A stretch of DNA of 20,000 bases from an uncultured virus (IMG/VR IMGVR_UViG_3300044642_001197). Taxonomy: Duplodnaviria > Heunggongvirae > Uroviricota > Caudoviricetes. The number at the start of each line of letters is the position of its first letter. Within the stretch, counting starts at the first letter, position 1. The notes beneath the pieces were generated by a model. That model saw only the letters and a list, made by a program, of their open reading frames with translations, had not been told where the DNA came from and ran no database searches. This document shows, piece after piece, positions 7,583 through 17,200 of the stretch. Location of the stretch: the IMG/VR virus record IMGVR_UViG_3300044642_001197. The stretch is one strand, 5' to 3'. The position numbers and the translations under genes are program-made.

Positions 7583-10012
7583 ATGCCCACCTATTTTCTT
7601 GAGAACAACACCCCCGTCCAAGGGGATTCAGACAACCGGTTGCTCCACAAAATCGCGGGGGCTCTTGAGGACGGGGTCACAACCACGAACATCACGACCA
7701 AATATCGTGAGAGCTTCGAGACCTACAACCCCAACACACCCGGCTCGCCCTGGATCCAAGTCCTCGGAAACGGCGACATCGTGCAGGCCGAAGGCAACGC
7801 GCTGGCGTGCAGCCACCTGACCATTTCCAAAAGCCCGCTTTTTGCGGGGACCGAGACGGTCATTGAAAACCTGGAACGGTTTGCGATGCCGCTCGAGGTG
7901 TCGATCGGCGCGCATATGTCGCAGCGGACGATCGGGCAGGAGTTCGCGGTGGAGATCGTGTCGCTCGACGCGTTGCCCGCACAACCCGACATTGAAATCT
8001 CCAGCATTTCTCAGGCGATCAGCACGCTCACCGTTGTCACCACAACTCCGCACGGACTTGTTCCCGGGAAACGCATCGGAATCACGGGCTGCTCCAACCC
8101 GCTCGCCAATTATCCCGCGCTTGTAATCGCCACGATTCCGACGCCCACCAGTTTCACCGCCACGGCTGGCCCCGGCGGGACGATCCCTTCGCAAACAATC
8201 GCCAACCCGGCGGGCGCAAAAGGCTCGGTGTATTTCCGCCCCGCGCTGGGATACGCGAAGGACGGAACCAGCCTCATTTTCGAGAACACCACGGCGACCA
8301 ACGCCAGCGGTTACATCCGCAGCGATGCGGGAGACTCGCTGCCCAGCGGCACCGCAGCGGGCAACCACTCGGCAGCGATCCTGACCACCGCGAGCGTGCA
8401 GGCAATCAACGCGACCGGCGCCTACGCATTCCAACCGACCAACGAATACAGGCTCACCCTCATGGCCGACCGCGTCCAGTGGGCAGCCACGCCGGTGGAC
8501 TCCACCGCCGGGTGGACCTCGTTTGTCAACCGCACCCAGGTGGTGCCCAACAACTCGAAGCCCTACAAGTTCCGGCTCCGAGCGGCCAACAACAAGGCGT
8601 TGACGGTGCCGAGCGCGCAGATTGTTTCCGCAGTCAAGAGCGGCACCACCACGGCCACGATTACCACCGATGTTCCGCATAATCTGGTAACGGGCGACCC
8701 GGTGGTTCAATACGGCATTCGTGACCAAGCGGCGGCGAGTTTCCCGAATATCATTACGGCCACAGCAGTCACGGTAACTGGACCAAACACCTACACCATC
8801 ACTGTCGGCACGGCTTCCACCGTTACCAGCTACGGCGGTTATGTTGCCAAAGTTCAAGGCGGGAATCTCATGTCGGCGCTCGGCGCGCTAACGATGGCCG
8901 CGCAGTCCGCCACCATTGTTTCCGGCGTGTTGACGCTCGTAGGGAGCGCCGCGTGGTCCGGCATCCTCATCGGTGAGTTCGCCGAGCTTGTCGGCATTCG
9001 TGACGCGGCTACCGGCGCCAGCCTTGGCATTGACGGTGCGTGGCGTGTGCGCGACATCGCAACCACAAACCTTGTTCTTGAATACGTCGGCGGCGACACC
9101 GTTCCCGCCACGCTGAACACGACCAACTGCGGCGGCGGCATCATCAAGCGCACGGACCTCAGAATCTCTTTCCTCCGCGTGTTCGACTTCGAGCGCGAGC
9201 GCGTGGAGATGATGTCGCGGCCTTCTGGCGACATTGCCAACTCTGTGGGGGTCTCGGTCAACAACACGCCCTCCGTTGCGCAATCGGGCTCATGGACATT
9301 CGGTTTGTCGGCAGCGCAGACGCTCGCAAGCGTCACGGCGGCAAACCTCGGGATTCCCGGCACCAACGCCGACGTTTTTTCCTCGGCTCTCACCGCCACC
9401 GCGACAACGGCGGCTTTCACTCCCTCGTTTGGTTGCGCCTACGAGGTCAACATTCCTGTCACAGCGGTAACCGGCACAAACCCAACTCTAGACGTTACCA
9501 TTGAGGAATCCGACGACGGCGGCACCAATTGGTTCCGCGTTTACGATTTGCCCCGCATCACCGCGGCCGGCATCTATCGCAGCCCGAAACTCCCTCTGAC
9601 CGGGAACCGTGTGCGCTACGTGCAGACCGTGGGCGGAACGAATCCGAGTTTCACGCGAGCCATCAACCGCCTCCAATGCTCCGACATGGCTGACCCGGTG
9701 CGGCAGAACGTGGACCGCAGCGTTGTGTTGACCACGCTGAACAGCACCACCCCGAGCCTCAACGCGCAGAACTGCCGCAACGCGCAGATCATAGTGAATA
9801 TCGGGGCCGCCACCACGGCACCGGCGCTCCAGCTTGAGGGCTCGGACGACAACGGCGCGACATGGTATGCACTCGGCTCGCCGCTCACGGCGGTCGCAAG
9901 CTCCACGGTTCGGGCCACCGTCAACGACGTGCAGGCCCAGCTCCTCCGGGCTCGCGTGAGCACAGCGGGAAGCGCCGTCACCGCTGGCTACGTGACCGTG
10001 AAAGGATTCTAA
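7583..10012 (+). CDS. Tail fibre / tail appendage-like beta-rich virion protein
   Basis: 809 aa rich in Thr/Ala/Gly/Val. Two FCCH-like small beta repeats (TLTVVTTTPHGLVPGKRIGITG; TATITTDVPHNLVTGDPVVQYG) and two C-terminal repeats (VTIEESDDGGTNWF; LQLEGSDDNGATWY). Confidence 0.65.
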   Translation: MPTYFLENNTPVQGDSDNRLLHKIAGALEDGVTTTNITTKYRESFETYNPNTPGSPWIQVLGNGDIVQAEGNALACSHLTISKSPLFAGTETVIENLERFAMPLEVSIGAHMSQRTIGQEFAVEIVSLDALPAQPDIEISSISQAISTLTVVTTTPHGLVPGKRIGITGCSNPLANYPALVIATIPTPTSFTATAGPGGTIPSQTIANPAGAKGSVYFRPALGYAKDGTSLIFENTTATNASGYIRSDAGDSLPSGTAAGNHSAAILTTASVQAINATGAYAFQPTNEYRLTLMADRVQWAATPVDSTAGWTSFVNRTQVVPNNSKPYKFRLRAANNKALTVPSAQIVSAVKSGTTTATITTDVPHNLVTGDPVVQYGIRDQAAASFPNIITATAVTVTGPNTYTITVGTASTVTSYGGYVAKVQGGNLMSALGALTMAAQSATIVSGVLTLVGSAAWSGILIGEFAELVGIRDAATGASLGIDGAWRVRDIATTNLVLEYVGGDTVPATLNTTNCGGGIIKRTDLRISFLRVFDFERERVEMMSRPSGDIANSVGVSVNNTPSVAQSGSWTFGLSAAQTLASVTAANLGIPGTNADVFSSALTATATTAAFTPSFGCAYEVNIPVTAVTGTNPTLDVTIEESDDGGTNWFRVYDLPRITAAGIYRSPKLPLTGNRVRYVQTVGGTNPSFTRAINRLQCSDMADPVRQNVDRSVVLTTLNSTTPSLNAQNCRNAQIIVNIGAATTAPALQLEGSDDNGATWYALGSPLTAVASSTVRATVNDVQAQLLRARVSTAGSAVTAGYVTVKGF

Positions 10013-10015
10013 ACC

Positions 10016-10246
10016 ATGCCGCAACTCACGATTACCGACATCTTCGCCACCGACGCGGACGGAATGCGGACTGTGACCGGTTCGTGCAACGGCGTTGTCC
10101 GCAGAATCTCCGTCCCCATTTTGGAGTTGGAGCGGTTGACGTTTGAGGCAGCGCAGGCGCGGTTCATCGAAGAGTTCCGCAAGCTCCTGGCATTGGACCC
10201 CAAGCCTTACCCGCTCCCGTTCACCGAGATCACGGTGGAGTTATGA
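10016..10246 (+). CDS. Small hypothetical protein, possible tail fibre assembly partner
   Basis: 76 aa, starts 3 nt after the fibre gene stop and has an ATGA overlap with the next gene. Confidence 0.65.
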   Translation: MPQLTITDIFATDADGMRTVTGSCNGVVRRISVPILELERLTFEAAQARFIEEFRKLLALDPKPYPLPFTEITVEL

Positions 10247-10692
10247 ACTGGGTGGGCTTCGCATCGAGCGCGATTGTGCGGGAATTGCCGCGCCACGAGA
10301 TCGTTGGCCGAGGGTTGCCCCTGCGGTGGTGGGGCGAGTTCCAGCGGGACCTTACCTGCCGCTCCATCATTGCGGGCCGTTTTCTTGTGCCCGACGGATT
10401 TCTTACTGACGGCGCATCTGTGCCGCGCCCTGTCTGGGCGCTGCTCGACGCGTCCGACCCGGACATCCTGTACCCTGCGTTCGCCCACGACTACCTATAC
10501 GCCGTGCGGGGGGAGCTTCTGGACAGAACGCTTTCAAGGGAGGAGTGCGACGCGGTGCTCAAAGAGCAGATGGAAGCGGTGGGCGCGCCCCGGTGGAAGA
10601 TCGCCGCCGTGTATCGGGCGATCCGGATCGGTGGCGGGCCTGCATGGAACAACGCGGCGCATTCAGCCGCCAAATTGCAAACGACTTTATGA
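10243..10692 (+). CDS. DUF1353 family protein
   Basis: VPDGFLTDGASVPRPVW ... AFAHDYLY ... SREECDAVL.E.M..VG ... VYRAIRIGG matches the DUF1353 signature. Confidence 0.85.
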   Translation: MNWVGFASSAIVRELPRHEIVGRGLPLRWWGEFQRDLTCRSIIAGRFLVPDGFLTDGASVPRPVWALLDASDPDILYPAFAHDYLYAVRGELLDRTLSREECDAVLKEQMEAVGAPRWKIAAVYRAIRIGGGPAWNNAAHSAAKLQTTL

Positions 10693-11189
10693 GCAACCCG
10701 CGTTCTCTCATTGCCGACATCGCAGCGAAACACATCGGGCTGCGTGAGACCACGCCCAACCGTTTCGAGGGGATCGACAAGTTTTGGGCTGCCACCACCT
10801 ACCCCGACGGCGGCAAAAACCGCGAACCGTGGTGTTCTGCGTTCACAAGTTACTGCGTGCAGGAAGCCGACCGGCAAAGCGCCGCAATCCGTTTGCGCGT
10901 CCCGCCGCGTTTCGCCGCCGTGCGCGACTGGCTCCCGTGGGCGACGAAGGCCGGGTGCATCGTGTTCTCCGGCACATCGACGGCATACACTCCAGAGCGC
11001 GGGGACATCGTTGTCTTTCGCCTGCCGCTGTCACACATCGGCGTTGTCTCCGGTATCGCTGGGCGCGGCATCGTGGCAACCATCGAGGGCAACACCAACG
11101 CCGCAGGCTCCCGCGAGGGAGACGGCTGTTACGAGAAATTCCGCAGTCTCTCCATCTGCGGGTCGTTTATTCGAATCCCGACGCTCTAG
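10689..11189 (+). CDS. CHAP-domain peptidoglycan hydrolase (endolysin), 166 aa
   Basis: PWCSAF (catalytic Cys), GDIVVF, SHIGVV (catalytic His) and TIEGNT. Start reassigned to ATG 10689, which forms an ATGA overlap with the DUF1353 stop. Confidence 0.88.
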   Translation: MSNPRSLIADIAAKHIGLRETTPNRFEGIDKFWAATTYPDGGKNREPWCSAFTSYCVQEADRQSAAIRLRVPPRFAAVRDWLPWATKAGCIVFSGTSTAYTPERGDIVVFRLPLSHIGVVSGIAGRGIVATIEGNTNAAGSREGDGCYEKFRSLSICGSFIRIPTL

Positions 11190-11217
11190 GAGCGGCCGTG
11201 GGCTAATCCCGCCGCTC
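11190..11217 (+). terminator. GC-rich hairpin directly after the endolysin stop codon (terminator-like, no U-tract)
   Basis: GAGCGGC (11190-11196) pairs with GCCGCTC (11211-11217), with inner GGG/CCC. It is followed by AAAA rather than TTTT, so it is not a canonical intrinsic terminator. Confidence 0.3.
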
Positions 11218-11260
11218 AAAAGAGCTGACGTAAAGACGGCGTTCTGTCATTACTCGGGGC

Positions 11261-14200
11261 ATGTTCTCCGAAGTAGAAGAAGACCCGGAATTGCTGGAAA
11301 GCCTTCGTAACCTCAGGAAGTTCGTTGACGGGTTAGAGCCGGCGCCGAAACCAGCACCCTCTCTGGGGGATATACCGGAGTCCGAGCTTTCAGATGACCA
11401 GAAGCGTCTCGCGCATTTTAACGCGTGGTTGAAGGAACACGGGGATGAGGACGAAATCGCGCACGCGCGGGCAAAAGCCCCCGTGGACCGCTCGTATCTG
11501 AGCGCGGTTCGCCAGGGTTTGGATCAGCCGCTCGAAGGGATTGGGACCACGCTGCAACTTTTTGGCGCGGATACCTTGGGCGGGATGCTCAAGGGGATGG
11601 TGGACGCGCCGGTCAATTATGAATCGGCCAGCGACAGGTTCATCCACCCGCAACCCGGCGACACGACCGTGGGCGGGTTTGGTATCGGTTCGCTCCCCCG
11701 GGCTGTGGTGGAGCAGGCCGGACAGTTGGCGGGCTCGGTTTTGTCGCGGGTGGCGGGTGGAGCTGCGGGAGCTGCAATCGGCGGCGCGTTGGGCGCGCCT
11801 GCGGCCGGTGTTGGCGCGGCTCCGGGGGCGATTACCGGAGGCGCCGTCGGCGCGTTTGCCGGTCCGTTTTTGTTTGGCGCCATGCAGATCGCGGGGCCGA
11901 CGGCGCTGGAGCGTGCGAAAAAGAACGGCCGCTCCAAGGCGAATTTGGAGGACATTTCTTGGGGGCTCGCCACGGCGGCGGCGTCCGGAGCTTTGGACTC
12001 GTTGGGAACCAACTTGCCGGGCGGCAAGAGCGTGATTGGTTCGGTGCTCTCGAAGTATTTCCCGAAGGCGGGCGCGTTGCTGGAGTCGATGGCGAAGAAG
12101 CCTGTCCAGAACGCTGCGGTGGATATTTTGGGCGAAGGTCTCACCGAGACCTCGCAGTCAGGCATCGAGCAGTATGGTGCGTCGGCCAACACGCCGGAGG
12201 GCGCCCAAGTCGATTTCAAACAAGCGGTGGGCGAAGGGTTGATGGGGGCGGGCACCGGGCTCGCGCATACCCTGGGGCAATCCGCCTACGAAAAGTGGAA
12301 GAAGAACCAGGACGCGCTGCAGGGGGTTCAAGCGGATCTCGTTCAGAACGGGGCTGTGCAGACGGCTGAGGAATTGGCCAAGATCCAGGAGCAGCGATTG
12401 GCGGAAGCTCTTGCACAAGCAGACGCGTTGCTTGCCGAGGATGAGAAGGCACCCGGCGATCCGCCTTCCGGGGCTACGGATGTGTTCCCAGTGAACGCAC
12501 CCAAGCCTCCTGCACCGCCCACGGGGCCCGCCGCCACACCGGCACCTCCTACGGCTTCTGTAACGCCGCCGGAGACCGCACCGCCCGAGCCTGTGACTCC
12601 TGAGCCTGTGACTCCTGAGCCTGTGACTCCTGAGCCTGTGACTCCTGAGCCTGTGACTCCTGAGCCTGTGACTCCTGAGCCTGTGACTCCTGAGCCTGTG
12701 ACTCCTGAGCCTGTGACTCCCGAGGTTGTGACCCCTGAGCCTGTGGCCCCTGAGCCTGTGACCCCTGAGCCTGCACCCACCGAGGTTGCGCCCACCGAGG
12801 TTGCGCCCACCGATGTCGTGACTCCAGAGGTTGTAACTCCGCAACCTACGCCCCAGAAGCCTTTGAGCAAGAAGGCCCAGCTCGCGGCAGAGCGCGCGGC
12901 CAAAAAAGCGGAAGCTGAAAGGGAGAAAGAACTTATCGCGGCAGGGCGCGCTTACGCAAAAAAAGAGCTTATTGAAGAGGTATTGGACTCCGGGCGAATT
13001 CCCCATGTATCGGTAGTGCAGCGGAGGACTGGGGACAAGAATTTCAACGCCGAATTGAAACGACTGTTCGCGGAGACGTTCCCTGCAGAACAGCCCGGAC
13101 CGAACGAAGTGCTGACTTCCGGCGAAGGGGCCAAGACGGCGAAGCACCTGAAATGGGTGGACCGTGATACCAAGCTACCGGTCGTCAGGAACACGGAGAC
13201 GGGGCAAACGCGGAACCTGTTCACCAACGATCCGAACACAACCGCGATGCAGGTGGATAAGGGTTTGGACGTTTACGTGCCCAAGGGCGTTACCCCGCAT
13301 CGCCGGATCAAGATCAACAGCGAGAACAAGGTGGTTGCTGTGGACCACCCAAGATATGGGTGGGTATCCGGACGCGGGGCGATGGCCGACGCGCGCGCGG
13401 TTGACCCTGAGTTTCTTGAAAACCAAATAGCCGCAACGGGGGGAGAAGATATTGAGCTTAGGTATTTCAGCCCAGAAGCAAACGAGAAGGTGGCGGATTT
13501 GGATCAGCAGGTTCAAAAGTTGCCTTTGTCCGACGAAACGAGAAATGAACTCAAGGTCGCAGAAGAGGCTGCGCTGGCCTACATCAACAAAAAGAGACTT
13601 GATGGTTTTGAGGATGACCTGTCAGTCAAAGTGCGGGCGGCTGCCGGGACCAAATTTAGCATCGACATTCGTGCGGGGCTTATCGCTGAGGGGCGCCTCC
13701 CCAAAGGTTACGGAGGTTATGCGAACAAAGCACTGGCGGACACAATCAGTGAGGCCTACAAAAAACTAAAGAAGCGCCCGGGGCGTAAACTTGAGTCGTT
13801 TGATGCTCTGACCGAAGGGGATAGGGGAGTCGGGGACGTAGACTCGAATGAGCGAATCACGCAAGGAATCCAAGAGTATTCCAATGAAGACCTTGGCGAA
13901 GGCAGCGGCCCATCCGGTGGTGGGGCGGGTAGCTCGTCGGGGGTGCCCGGTAACAAGCCTGTGGCCGATCTTGACGAGACCTTGCGGGAAGCAGCCAGGA
14001 AAGGGGAAGAAGCCGCGAAAAAAGCGGCGCTTGAGAAAGTTCGTTCGTTGGCCAACTTGTCGGTGGAGGAGCAGCTTGCTTTAGATATACCGGAGGATCT
14101 GGTTGTTGACTCTGCGGAAGTTAGTGGGTGGAAGGAGCAGGATTTCTTCAAATGGGGAAGGCAGATCAACGACTACCTACCTGAACGGCTTTTCTCCAAG

Positions 14201-17200
14201 AAAACAGCCGAAGCCATACAGGAGCAAACGCCCGAAGTTGCCAAGGGCATCATCGGCAAGTTGACCGAAATGATGCGCCGGTTGGCTCCGGGGGTGAAGT
14301 TCCGCATCGTGCGCCCCGGGCAAGAAAACCTGAGAAACCGGCAGCAGCGGCTGGAAAGCCTCTCGGTGGACGGGGTGGAAGCCTACTACGACAAGGCCGC
14401 CGATGAGGTGGTGTTTGTGGTGGACAACATCGACGAGGAGCGCGCTGGGAAACTCGTCTACCACGAATTGTCGCACCGCAATCTCGCCCTTATGGAGCAG
14501 ACTTTGGCGGGCCGGTTGGAGCTGGGCCGGATCTTGGAAACCGCGCGCCCGCAGTTGATGGCGCATTTGCCGGAGCTTCTGGCATCAACCGGACACAAGG
14601 ATCTGCGCGCGCTGATGCAGGACTACGGCTACGGGCCGACCTTGGAAGGCCGCGCCGCTGTGTTGAGTGAACTCATGGCCCGGTATGCGGAGCGCCTAGA
14701 CGGGCGAACCAAACCGTCGTGGTGGAGAGAACTCCTGTCGAAGGTCCGGGTGTGGCTTGCGAAACACTTCGGTGTGGCCCTCGATGAGGACGCTCTGGAG
14801 TATTGGTTGGCCGGGAACATGGAGCGGTTTGCCAGCACCCCCAGCGGGGCGCGCAGCGAGGAGCGGGCGTATTCGAAGAGAGCGCCGGTGAACGGTAGAA
14901 CGCGGCAGCAGTCTATGGCGCGGCGGGCAGAGGCGAAGCTTCGTAGATACGGTGGCCCCGCGGAGTTCCAACGCGACCAATTCAAGCCCTCGGAGGCGTT
15001 GTCCCGGGCGTCGCTCGCCATGGACCCGAAGATGCGGGAAATCTTGAGGGAGGCCACGTATCTCCCGGGGAAAAAGGCGGACGATCTGGAGGCGGCCAAT
15101 CGGTTCATCTTTAGCCACAACACGCTGGAGGATGCGATCCTGGCACTCGACGCGGCGAACTCCCAGCCGTTCACGTCCGGGCGTCTCTCGGAGGAACAGG
15201 CGTGGTTGGCGCGGGGCATCATCGCCGGGAAGCTCAATAAAATGGCGCTGGCCATGGACGTGGCGCCCAACTCCATCGGCAAACGGCTGCTCTCCAAGCA
15301 TTACAAGGACTTGGCGGTCGACCAGTTCCGGAAGGTGCAGGAGGAACTCTCTCAAGCGGGCTCGTTCCTGAGCCGGGTGGGGCGCGGTTTGGCCGACCTG
15401 TATTTCCCCGAGGCTGTGATTCGGGATCTCGTTGACCCTGTAAGGAAAACCCAGGAGGAAGTGCTCTCCAAGGATGAGGACGCCCAGGCTGTGGTGGATG
15501 CAATTGACACCTCTTCCGAGCCCGCGGCTGAAAAAGCCGTGGCTGCGGCAAAACCCTTGTTTGACCGGTTGCGCCCGGCTGCCACCACAACCCCCGGCGT
15601 CGATGAGATGCAGCCCGTGTTCGACTTCTTTGAAGGGTTGATGGGCGAGGGGACGATGAAGGCGCACTGGAACCCGACGACCGGGGAATGGACCGAAGGC
15701 AAGCTTGTTGACGCGATCGCCGACCGGTTGGTCAAGCTCACCAAAGCTTCGATGGCTCAGGCCAAGGCGGCGAAAGTGCCACGCCCCGTTATCGAGCTTC
15801 TAGAAAAACAGATTCGCTCGGAAGTGGAGGCGCGGCTCAAACCGTTGTTCCGGAGCAAAGACTTCATCAGCCCGAAAGCGGGTCCGGTGCAGCAGTTGCT
15901 CAAAGAAATCGACAACGTGGATTTGGTGGAGCGGGCGTTCAACAGCTCCAAGGAGGCGTTGTTGGCGCGTGGGGATCTAAGCCCCGAGGAACGCCGGGCG
16001 ATCGAACAGGCGAAGTTTGAGGGGGCGGATCTCAAAGCCGCGCAAGCGGTGATCCGCAAAGCGATCAACCTGCGGGAGATTGTCCAAGGGCATCTGGCCG
16101 ACAGGAACGCGTCGTTGGAGACCCTGACCCAGACGATCCTGGAGAACGCCCAGATCAGCGAAGCCAAGGCGAGCGCCGTGGCCATGGCGCTCAAGACGGC
16201 GTTCGACATCGAGGCGGAGCGCGTGGTGCGGGCGCGGTTGGACGCGCTGCAGAAGGAGCGCAAGCCTTCCCGGACCAAACCCATCCACGCGTCGGAACGT
16301 CTTTTCGCCCTCAGCAACCTTGGGGCGTTCGACACGGCGGAGGTTTACAACGCGATCGCCCAGGCCAATCCGCACTACAAGCTGCCGGTGTATGACGAGC
16401 AGTTCGTCAAGTCGGTGAGGCAGGAGGCGGATCGAATCCAAACGATGCCTGCGGGATCGGACGCCAAAAACGCGGCCACGGTGAACCTTCTGTCGCGGGT
16501 GGCGCACGCACACGCAAGGAACCTGCGCGGGTTCAAGAAGATCATGTATTACATCGGGGATGTCGGGCCCGCCGTGTGGCAGGCCGGGGTTCTCTCGGGT
16601 CCGCCGACTGCGCTCGTCAACGCCATCGGCACGGCGATGATTGTGCAATACAAGGCGTATAGCCAAGCCTACGGCAACTACCGGGCTGCGAGGAAAATGG
16701 GTCGGAACAACGCGGAGGCTTCGCAGTTCTTCAAGGACGTGTCCAAGGGCTGGCTGGACTCGGTGGGGGTGACGAGGTCCGGGCCGTCGACTGCGTGGAT
16801 GGATGCGAAGCAGGCGCTCAAAACCGGGTCCACCCGGTTCAAAAACGCGACGCGCAGCGAGCTGTCTATTCTGGAGAACTACTCGTTGCCTCACAAATGG
16901 GTGGGGCGTCTGATGCTCGCCGCCGACGCCTACAACACGGCGACTGCCGATGAGATCAAGCAGCGGCAGGCGTTGCGGTTCGCCATGATGACGCAGGGGA
17001 AAAACGCGGCGGAGATTATGCAGGCGATGAATGAAGCGTTCCATCCGGAAGCCTCATCCATGGCGCAAATCGAGCAGCAGATCCTTGAGGAAACAAAAGC
17101 TGGGCATCTGGGTTCAGGCAAAGAACTCGAACTCAACACCCAGATCCGGCGCACGGAGTTGCTGGAACAGCGGCGGTTTACTGCAACCCCGGAGATCCGG

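Noticed and set aside
7628..8857. 409-aa minus-strand ORF and other long antisense ORFs (e.g. 12158..13147, 14696..15667, 15977..17044)
   Set aside because: Shadow frames of GC-rich + strand genes; Arg/Gly-rich translations with no recognisable motifs.
7583..10012. Diversity-generating retroelement target or invertible tail-fibre cassette
   Set aside because: No reverse transcriptase, invertase or near-identical template/variable repeat pair was seen in the window.
10545..10688. N-terminal extension of the CHAP ORF as given in the ORF track
   Set aside because: It overlaps the DUF1353 gene by over 140 nt; the ATG at 10689 gives a clean ATGA coupling and a complete CHAP domain.
12587..12841. 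Tandem array considered as a CRISPR array
   Set aside because: Units are 15 bp, directly adjacent with no unique spacers, in frame within a CDS, and no cas genes are present.
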